A program made the position numbers and the translations under genes. A stretch of 64,000 nt of DNA from Antedon mediterranea. Its lineage: Eukaryota > Animalia > Echinodermata. This document shows, piece after piece, positions 13,101 through 25,100 of this stretch. Position 1 is the stretch's first letter; the number at the start of each line of letters is the position of its first letter. The notes beneath the pieces were generated by a model. That model had not been told where the DNA came from, did no database searches, and was given only the letters and a program-made list of their open reading frames with translations. The DNA lies in assembly GCF_964355755.1 (NCBI RefSeq), contig NC_092678.1:11530352-11594351 (forward strand), in the 5' to 3' direction.

Positions 13101-16100
13101 ATCTTACTACTTATATACTATGTATATCTTACTACTTATATACTATGTATATCTTACTACTTATATACTATGTATATCTTACTACTTATATACTATGTAT
13201 ATCTTACTACTTATATACTATGTATATCTTACTACTTATATACTATGTATATCTTACTACTTATATACTATGTATATCTTACTTACTACTTATATACTAT
13301 GTATATCTTACTTACTACTTATATACTATGTATATCTTACTACTTATATACTATGTATATCTTACTACTTATATACTATGTATATCTTACTACTTATATA
13401 CTATGTATATCTTACTTACTACTTATATACTATGTATATCTTACTTACTACTTATATACTATGTATATCTTACTTACTACTTATATACTATGTATATCTT
13501 ACTACTTATATACTATGTATATCTTACTACTTATATACTATGTATATCTTACTACTTATATACTATGTATATCTTACTTACTACTTATATACTATGTATA
13601 TCTTACTTACTACTTATATACTATGTATATCTATCTTACTACTTATATACTATGTATATCTATCTTACTACTTATATACTATGTATATCTTACCACTTAT
13701 ATACTATGTATATCTTACTACTTATATACTATGTATATCTTACTTACTACTTATATACTATGTATATCTTACTATACTATGTATATCTTACTACTTATAT
13801 ACTATGTATATCTTACTACTTATATACTATGTATATCTTACTTACTACTTATATACTATGTATATCTTACTACTTATATACTATGTATATCTTACCACTT
13901 ATATACTATGTATATCTTACTACTTATATACTATGTATATCTTACTTACTACTTATATACTATGTATATCTTACTACTTATATACTATGTATATCTTACT
14001 TACCACTTATATACTATGTATATCTTACTACTTATATACTATGTATATCTTACTACTTATATACTATCTATCTTACTACTTATATACTATGTATATCTTA
14101 CTTACTACTTTACCGGACATATATACTGTGTATATGTTACTTACTACTTACCGGACATATATACTGTGTATATCTTACTTACTACTTACCGGACATATAT
14201 ACTGTGTATATCTTACTTACTACTTACCGGACATATATACTGTGTATATCTTACTTACTACTTACCGGACATATATACTGTGTATATCTTTCTTACTACT
14301 TACCGGACATATATACTGTGTATATCTTACTTACTACTTACCGGACATATATACTGTGTATATCTTTCTTACTACTTACCGGACATATATACTGTGTATA
14401 TCTTACCGGACATACCCAAACTTGTTACAAGCCAAAATCCTCAAAATTATATCTCCTCCACCCCCTGCCCCCATTTTAAAGCATTGTAGTAGGCCTAGGT
14501 ATAATCTTTATATCTTTTATGAAATTGTATATTTTATATAATAATCAATTGTTTCTGTATTCAGAAATGTTTTCAAAACTAAAATAGCTTCCATTTTAAA
14601 AGGCCACCATTTTTTCAAATGTCTCAAATTAATACTCACAGGCATGACAAACATAAACAATACTTTTGAAAACTTGTGAAACAGTCCACTGTTATGAAAC
14701 TGAACTGAACTTGTTTGTAAAACATCGAATTACCTACAAGTTGTTGTAATATATAGAACATTGAAGCTAAAACCTAATTTTGGAGTGGAAAACTTTGTTT
14801 GTAATATAACTTAAATGCAAAGCTCCAATTTAAACCAGTTCTAACTGGTTGTGATACCCTACTCTGCAGGTATGTAAATGTTAAGCCTTTTTGTTATTTA
14901 TTCATGTTTAATCTTCCTTTTTATTATAGGGAATTCTTGATTATATTGATAATTTAAGTCACCATCAAATCAAACAGCTGTTTAGCATTCTCAGTATTCT
15001 TGGATTCAATGAGAAACAACATACAAACTTGATACAGGTTTGCTAATTACAATTATAAATATTTTTAATTTTGCATGAAGATATATTTTACAAATTATAA
15101 CAAATAACAATAACTTTAAAAAAAGTCTAGGGACACAAGTAGCAAGTTATTGATTAACGTGTTGTACATTTAATTATTCACCAGGATGATTTGCATATCT
15201 TCATACGTAAGCAGCTTTCGAGTGACAAAGAAAAGTACAAGAAAATTGGTGTTATTGGAGCTGTAGAGATCCTTAATACTTTAGGAAGTAAAAGGTAATA
15301 CCCTCTATACCAATGATTTATTATCTTTTATGGAAAATATAACAAAATTTGAAACCTGCTATCGGCTTGTTAGTCAATGAATGTTTCTGCGAACACCTAG
15401 CAACCAATAAATTATGACTTCTTACCTCCAGGACATCCCAATTTACCACTCGTACACAGATAGATATACCCAAGAATAACTTGATCCTCTGCATATGTCA
15501 TAAATTACCCTTGTTATATAATAATAAAGACATAAGTTACCTTTTCTCTAGATTTCATTATAAATCATGGATATAATTTATACACTAAGAAATAAAATTG
15601 AACAAACAATACGGATATAGAAAAAAATAATCTTGTTTTGTTTCCCAAGGTGAGACTAGATCTCGGTACCTAAAATGCTATAGACCCGATCACTGACCGC
15701 TGACCCATATACACATCTGAATAAAGGTTGAAAAAAGATTCCTCTGTTTACTTACTATGTGGTAACCACCTTGATGCAGATAGATTATTACATGCCGCAA
15801 TGAATCATAAATTTTACCATGATGAAACAAAGAAATCGGGCAAAAAGAGTACAATAACGTTCAACATGCAGTGCGCATGCAAAAATCTGCACACTCATGG
15901 CAATTTTTTAAAACACAATTTCATGATAAATGTACTCTAATTCAAAAATAAATGTTGAAAATTGTAGGTGTGCGTATGAATGCATTTTATGTATTGCCAT
16001 ATGATGAAATATGACCTGAAATTCATGAGTACCAAATTATTCAATTCAATTCAAATAAACATTTATTTCTTTCATTCATATTTGAGTAAAAAACATTATA

Positions 16101-19100
16101 ATTTCTGATATTTTATAAATAAATATTTTTTTTTTTTTTTTTTAGATTTAATACAGTAAATCATTATGATACCTGCTTGTGAAGATATTATTACAAACGT
16201 GATTTCATTAAATCGTGCGTAATTTTTTATTGCGCACCGGAGATAAGCAATATACTCTAATATAATAATTGATCTCAAGATAATTGGCAGACAAAATAAT
16301 GCTAAGGAAAGAATAAAGAAATAGAGATTCTGACAAAATAACAGGGTTATATTGCATGAAAATGTTGCTACCGAATTAGTAATTTATTTATACCTGTATA
16401 ATAACGTCATTTTTTATAGGGAACAGGATACTCCAAATGATAAACAAAAAGGGCAAAGAGAATTATCAGATGAAGCATTTAAACAGGTAAGCTGCACCAC
16501 AAATGAAATTGAAGTAGTTCTTATATTCACTTTGTTTAGATGGAGAGATGGAAACTAAATAGCATTATAAATTTCCTCACAAAACAGATATAACATTTTG
16601 GTTTACAGCATTTATTTATTTATTGTGAAGATCAAAGTAGAATAGGATAAAAACACAGAACAAAAATCAACTTATTTCCACTGTTGTCTTAAATGAAACA
16701 CCTTAAATAATAATATACAAATACATTACAAAATACAAAACGAAAACAACAAGAATTATTAAAAACCAAGATTATTAATTAATATAGCCTCGTATAGCAA
16801 ATTGAATAAGCCTGTTTATCGCAGCCGATACCAAATAGGGCTTTTCTGTTTTGGCGACTTGTGATTCAAGCGTAGTGTGTGCAGCGATCCTGGCCCGCGC
16901 TGAAGTGTAAACAAAACAGAACTGCTAGCTTATATTAACCTAGCTTGGTTATAATATGCGGTGTATGGAAGTCGCCAGACGAGTCGACCATAGATGACTT
17001 TTGTTTATTTATCGCCAAACGCAAGTGTTGCCACACGAAAATGACACAGGCAATATCATCGTACTCGAGAATTTACTAGATTTTATATATGTTTAATGAC
17101 AGGGACACGATAAACACCCGAAAATTACTCGGTCAAAATCATCGTACTCGAGGAAATATACGATTTACGATGCTCGCAGATGTAGTCATGTGATTCAGTT
17201 TCAACAAATCGTATTTTCATAGGCTATGTAATATATATGAACATCATTCATTTAAATTCACAAACATACTCACCTCTTTTGAATATTGATGTAGTTTTAG
17301 CTTTTATAGTTTTAAATGACATTTTCTGGAATTTCCATATTTTATAGCCTTTTTTTCCCGAGTTAATTTTTTTTTTATTTAATAAGTTATAATTCAGTAA
17401 TGTCGTGGTCCGAACAAATAAAGAGGAGAAAACACTTGGTTTCTTTCCTTCAGTGCGATTTTATTAGTTTCGTATATATTGTACTTCAACATCAAACGAT
17501 CAAATCATTACATAGGCATAAGTCATTTCAGGTACAAGAATAATTCGAGATTCAAGATATAAGATTCAAGCCCTGCAAAATACGAATAACAAATAACAAT
17601 TGCCACTGTATCTAACAGTCAATTATAACAATAAGTAATAATGTAATAATTCACAACACTGATACAACAACGAACAATCACAATATAATAGTACCTCAAG
17701 TTATCAACACCAACGTATGTATGACACAGCATCAACTCGTGATAACAAGATAACAACTCCTGATTATTATACTTCCGACTGAGCAAAACTAAGATAAATA
17801 TTGTAAATGCAAGTTTCATTAATTGTAAGCATGATTATAGTTAACATATGGTAAATCAGTTGCTTATACATATACAAGTTAAGCTTAGTACTTACAAAAT
17901 AAGAACATATCAATAGCTTAAACAAACTCTCAACCAAAACTGTAGTAACATAGCGAGAGCCAACAAAACGAACAAAAGAACCGCTCTGCTTACGCACGGT
18001 CTTTTATCACACAATGTCACCTGTATTCCAATTACAGAATGACTACGCAGCGCCCTCAATACTCAATTCATCACAGTAATATATGGTTCCACGTAACCCA
18101 CGACTTGCATACGCAATAGGATGAAGAATCTGGTTATCGTCCCGCTGAGACAAACATGCCCCTATCCCATTACCACTAGAATCCACCTCAATAATGAACT
18201 CTCTATCAAAAATAGGATAAGCTAACACAGGTGGAGTCACTAAACTTTTCTTAAGACTTTCAAATGCAATTTGTTGTGGTAAACCCCAATGAAATGTACT
18301 TATTTTGTCTTTACCGACTCCAGCACGACCATTCCCCGCCCGAGATGCTGCCATATGGGTAATATTATGGAGCGGCGATGCAATCTTAGCGAAATTCGGG
18401 ACGAACCTCCGATAATACGAGGCAAGTCCAAGGAAGGACTTAACCTCAGTAACATTTTTTGGAACAGGCCACGAAACGACTTTATCAGTCTTACCTACAT
18501 CAACAGAAACACCTTTACTCGAAATGACATGACCCAGATAAGCGACTTCTTCCCTAAACAAATCACATTTTCTTCCTTTCGCCTTTAACCCATACCTCGC
18601 TAACCTACTAAACACCTTATCTAGTCGATTCAAATGTTCATCAAACGTAGCTGAAAAGATAAGAATATCATCAAGATATAAAACAACTTCAGAGAGATTC
18701 AAGTCACCCAGTACATACTCCATTACGCGTTGGAACGTGCTTGGACTGTTCGTAAGACCCTGTGGCATCCGCAAAAACTCGTACAATCCCCACGGCACCC
18801 GGAACGCTGTTTTACCAATAGAATCATCAGCCATGATTATTTGAAAAAACCCATGTGCCAAATCAAGGGTTGAAAACCAACGAGAACCGGTTAAAACGTC
18901 AAGTACCTCATCAATTCTAGGTAAGGGAAATGAGTCTTTCATAGTACGCCCATTCAATTTGCGATAATCTATGCACAAACGCAAAGAATTATCCTTTTTC
19001 TGAACCAAAACGATGGGACTGGCGTAATCACTTTTTGAAGGCCTAATAATACCCTGATTTAGCATTTCTTGTAACATTGCTTTAACTTCTTTAATATTAT

Positions 19101-22100
19101 TAGGATGGACTCTACGATATGGCAATCTAATAGGTACATTGTTACTAATTAATGAAATTGAGTGAGGTATCACATCGCACTTCCCAACATCATAGGGACC
19201 TGTAGAGAAAACATGTTTGTAATTATTTAACAGCAACAAAACTTTGCGCTCCTTATCTCTAGGTAAGCCTTTCAATAGTAAACCCGGAGGACAGACCAAC
19301 TCAGATTCTGCAACAATGCTACGTTTATGAGACGGATAATTACCATCAACCAGCTCAGAGCCGTTGGAACACACATTATCCGGTGGCAATACACTTGAAC
19401 ACACATTGACTTCATGTAACTTATCACAAGCCACTGGAACAGCTGTATTAAAGTGCTTTAAAGAAACAAAAATTTGGGATTGCTCATCATTAACTCTCAA
19501 GACTACCTCAGCCCTACCAGTACAAGGCGAAGCTGTTTTCGCACCAACTACCTTACCCAAGGTTTCCAGAATTCTCGGATCATCTTGAATATAACGTAAA
19601 ATATTACATCCTGTCAAAATTGGATAAGAAACATTGTTATTACATGCACTATCAGAAACAATGAGAAAACTACCCAACAAATTGTGCCCTAATATTTCAA
19701 TTGGAACTTCAACATAGCCCTCAATCGGAACTTCGACACCACAGACGCCAATCACATTGGTAAATAACTTGTCTGCACTGTGTAAACCACCCAGCTCAGA
19801 TTTTAGAATTCTGTGATAAATTGAAGAAGGAATGATAGATGCTTCCGCTCCTGTGTCAAGAACTGAACCCAATTCAACTGAACCAAACTTTATAACAGCA
19901 CAAGGGCTTTGGGCAACTAAACGGCTAAGCAAAGAGGATTCCGAGGGCTCTCGTAAATCATTAGGGGGAATAATTTTATCTTCCACAGAAACAACCGGGA
20001 TTTGAACAGAACCTAGATTATGATTATCTGTAGATGGTTCGGGCTTTGACTTCCTAACTCTACTTGGACATTTTGCAGCAAAGTGGCCGACCTTTTTACA
20101 TTCCCAGCAGAGACCTGGAGGCATTTCACAATTATCTCTATTATGACCAAATTGTCCACAATTAAAACAACGACGGGGCCCACTTCTATTAAAAGAATTA
20201 TTAGTGGTATTTTGGGAAAACTTACATAAACTCTGTTGAAGTTGATCTAGCTGTTGTTTAAGAACCTTTAACTCCTTTTTAATTTCACAATTTTCAGATT
20301 GGTTTGAATAAGAATTTGTTGGAAAATCTACACCCTGAACTTTCGGTCTATAACCCCGTGATGTCTCGCCTTTAAACAATTCAAGAACTTCCTCCCTCAT
20401 TTCCATAAAGGATTTACCCCTAGACGCCAATTCAATTCTGCGCATTTCACGCCTAACGAGTGGATCCCGTACCCCTTCTACCAATCTCTGTTTGAGTGTG
20501 GAGTCCTGTAAATGTTTGAGAGCATTCTGTTCATTGGGGAAAGAAGCTTCCAATAATCGCGAATAAATTTTCATTAACTCTAAACTATATTCGGCCACAC
20601 TTTCATAATCCAACTGATTACGAGAATAAAACAAAGTATTTAAAGCCGATACGGATTCATCTGGAGAAAAGGTAGTCTGTAACACTTGAATGGCCTTTTT
20701 AACATTTTTGCCTTTACCCAATATGGACATTTGGTAATGTACTTCGTCTTTAGCCGATCCCCCCAAGTGACTTACTAGGGCATCATATTTTACGTCCCCA
20801 CCTAGATTATAATGTGTACAATATGTCTCAAAATCTTCGAGCCATTCCCGCAACGTGACATCCCCAGGGGATTTTGGACGACCCCTAAATTTAGCCAACT
20901 TAATAGGAGGAGGAACTTTTTGAACACCCACACCTTTCAACACATCAGTAAGCGCAGCAATCATACTATTAATTCCTGTGGTCTCAGTATCAGGTTTCTC
21001 AGCTTTCGCCATATTAATATACACAGATGATATAACGAGTTTAAATCGAGAATATACGAACAACGATCATTCATAAACTAAACTATAAGGTACTATATAA
21101 ACAATTGATCACAGATAACATATCAACAATATATTTTAACAGATCCACACTTTTCAATGATTATAATTCCAAGCAAGAGTATTGTATGTCACACATGTCA
21201 CACCAATTATTAGAATTATCAATTTAAATTATATGGTCAACTTCCAAAATGTTAAATTATAATCAACACATTCATAAGTATCAAAATTATAATCAACACA
21301 TTCATATATAAATATCAATGTTCTTATCTTCTTATCTCCATTCATAACTTGAGAGCCTAGATTCCGGTAACTGGTCCTCTTCGATCTTGATGCTTGATGC
21401 TTGGTACCCTGCTCGCAGCGCCAAGTTTGTCGTGGTCCGAACAAATAAAGAGGAGAAAACACTTGGTTTCTTTCCTTCAGTGCGATTTTATTAGTTTCGT
21501 ATATATTGTACTTCAACATCAAACGATCAAATCATTACATAGGCATAAGTCATTTCAGGTACAAGAATAATTCGAGATTCTAGATATAAGATTCAAGCCC
21601 TGCAAAATACGAATAACAAATAACAATTGCCACTGTATCTAACAGTCAATTATAACAATAAGTAATAATGTAATAATTCACAACACTAATACAACAACGA
21701 ACAATCACAATATAATAGTACCTCAAGTTATCAACACCAACGTATGTATGACACAGCATCAACTCGTGATAACAAGATAACAACTCCTGATTATTATACT
21801 TCCGACTGAGCAAAACTAAGATAAATATTGTAAATGCAAGTTTCATTAATTGTAAGCATGATTATAGTTAACATATGGTAAATCAGTTGCTTATACATAT
21901 ACAAGTTAAGCTTAGTACTTACAAAATAAGAACATATCAATAGCTTAAACAAACTCTCAACCAAAACTGTAGTAACATAGCGAGAGCCAACAAAACGAAC
22001 AAAAGAACCGCTCTGCTTACGCACGGTCTTTTATCACACAATGTCACCTGTATTCCAATTACAGAATGACTACGCAGCGCCCTCAATACTCAATTCATCA

Positions 22101-25100
22101 CAGTAATATATGGTTTATGAATATTTTATATATAGCCCATGAGCATCTTAGTAGCTAGATGGATGTTGAGTGAATATTTTATATATAGCCCATGAGCATC
22201 TTAGTAGCTAGATGGATGTTGAGTGAAAATTTTAGACAGTTGCAAAAAATATGCAAGTAATTCTCTGGTGGAACTTGAACCCATGACCTCCAGATCAATA
22301 GCCATGTGTTCGTACCTCTTGACCACCAAGCTTGCACTGGTAACTAGAGTTGAGCGAAATAATGATTAATAATGGTTTTGAATTATGTTTAGATCACCGG
22401 ATTGATGGAGCTCGTAAAGAAAAATTGTTATAGTATGCCACAAGTGACCGCTCTGTTTTATGATGAACTTGCAACTATAATACTTAAAAGGCAACTCAAT
22501 GCTAAAGTACAGGTACAATAAGTTTAAGATACAAATCATAAAGATTATTGTATAATACAATATATTAGAAGATATGAAGATAAAGAATACAGAACTCACT
22601 GGAATGATTGTCTATGTATAAGATTTCTTTTTATTAAAGATAATTATTATTTTTAATAGCAAACACAGAAACCATCATGTTCTTAACGTAATTCATTATT
22701 GTAAACATACTCATGTTCTTTTAGTCATGGATTGATGAGGAAATTGCAAATGAATTCCAGGACAAATATGTGACGGACATTGATGTTGAATCAGTAGCAC
22801 AGTGAGTTATTTAGATTTTTTTTGTAATGCATCATTTTCACTATTTTATCTGCCAAGGAATTTGTAACAAAGTGCAAAGTTTATAATTTATATATAATTT
22901 ACATTGCACCCTTTTAAATTTGATAAATGTGAAATGATTTTTTACAGGATGGTCAGTTTTTTTAAAAAACAATAGACAAATAGTTGTTAGTGCATATGAT
23001 GTTTATAAATGTGTACTTAATCATTTGCAACTTCATAACAATGTCAATTCGGGTTAAAAAATCTCTATTGATAGAAATGGATTCTTGTATGTGTCGTCCA
23101 CACCTGTGTGCAATTGGTCTCAGTTAGACTACAAGACACAGGTTATTCCCCTACATTTACAAATGAAATATTAACAGTGAACTAGAATTTAATTCGTCAC
23201 TTTGACGAATTATAGGTGATCATTTTTATCATTTTAATGAAATTAACATTTTTTAAACATGCGTGTACGTTAACATATGATCGTAAAAAGCTGATGTACG
23301 CTATCCTATGACATGATGCATATATACTTATATAGTGCTGAGTTGTACCTATTATGTGTCGTATACAATATGTACAGTATATACTGTATATCTATATACA
23401 GTGTAGCATAGGTGAAATTACGGGACCCACATCATGTTCTAATTTTTTGGTATGATGGAATTATCAAAATAAACTCGAAGATGACAATTTCGAAAGATAA
23501 TGAATTGAGCAAATAAATATAAGGAATGGAAGAGAATTTGACACGTAGAAGCGCAGTGCGCGCTCTTTGAAATTTGTATAACTTCGACTAAAGAAATTTA
23601 AAAACTACTTTTTAACTTCAACTGGCCATATGATAACATCACTACATCCGATAGGCTTAATTTTATATCAATTCATATCTACATTTCATCAGCTTTCATA
23701 ATAAGTTATAATCTTCAAGGTCACCTTTAATTCTGAAGAGCTATAAGATATTCAAATGTATGGTGTAGCTGAAATTACACGACCTAGGTTATTCAAGTTT
23801 TTACGCGTGATGACGTAATCAAAATAAAATGTTGACAACTCATGGGAAAGATAATTAATTGAGCAAGCACATACTAAAATTTCGGCGAAAATCGGGCTCA
23901 AATAACGGAGATGCGCTTTATTGAATGTAATAACCCACACAAAAAGAAAAAAATTACTAATTTTTAAATTCAAGTGGCCATTTGATGACGTCATACCATT
24001 TTGTACGTCTAATATGTATATATATTTATATCTATAACTTATTGGCTTCCATAATAAGTTAAACAAATTGGGGGTCACCTGCCATTCTGAAGAGTTATAT
24101 TCATTTTAAAAAGGCCTTATTTTTTAGCACTTTTGTACAATTAATGTGCACATTTTGTCATTTTTAACGTGCTCGTATAGCGTTATTTTAAGTCGGAATG
24201 GACTCAAAGTCGGAGAATGTACTAAGGATTGTGAGTAGAATGTGATGTATACATCAAATTTTATTTTTTACGCTTTTTAAAAATCGCGTGCGCAAAAATG
24301 AGTTTTTGCGCAGTAATTTTTTGAAACACGCAAATGGCCTATTTCATGCTCTAAATTGATCAAAACTTAATTTTGAGCTTTTTAAAATTTTAATGCGCGA
24401 TTTCACGCGCATGACCTTGAAACACGCAATTTTTTATTTGCTAATACTTTTACCTTTGACCTGAAGTTTACGTGTAGTGAATTTCATTAATATGTGATAA
24501 TGAATTATGGAGATATGATTGACAATGTGATTTCACAAAATGGCGTATACGCGACGTCATGGATGAGTGATCACGCTGAAAAGCTTATTAGGACTAAGTT
24601 ACAGTATTTGAAAGACATTGTACAATTTTGGTAATCATTTACATTAAACTTTTTTAGATAATTGTTACACAAATTTGTACAGAGAGAAATAAGTAACTAG
24701 ACATGTAACTCGTCACTTTGACGAGTTAGTTATCCGCACCACACAAACGCCACGTGCACGTCATACGTTGACAGTTTGCACACAGAAAAAGATTATGGCA
24801 TTATGACCTGAACTGAAGAATATGATATGCTGTTTAGTGCTGAATTCTGTCAATTTTGTGTCATATGGTATATACAGTGCAAACGGTATAATCTGTATAC
24901 TACATACAGTGTAGAATAGGTGAAATTACGGGACCAGCTATTTATTCCAATTTTTAACATGGCAAGATAGCAATTTCGGAAGGAAATTATCTCAGCAACA
25001 ACATATTAACGTATTTAAGAAATTTGAATATGTGAAATATTGATGCGCGCTCTTTTAAATGTAATGAACTATGATGCAAAAGATGAAAATACGACTTTTT

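Larger units (their letters stand above)
17401..22102 (-). mobile_element. Ty3/Gypsy LTR retrotransposon, recent, integrase-deleted, antisense in a FANCD2 intron
   Basis: Two 675-bp TG...CA LTRs (17401-18075, 21428-22102) with only 2 differences seen by eye. GTAA 4-bp TSD (17397-17400, 22103-22106). PBS present. Gag-pol ORF. Confidence 0.95.

Noticed and set aside
13041-14541. Three 470-480 aa Tyr/Leu/Ile-rich ORFs
   Set aside because: Translations of a stop-free minisatellite inside a FANCD2 intron
17619-17997. Duplicated short ORFs (also 21646-22024)
   Set aside because: Incidental ORFs within the two LTR copies
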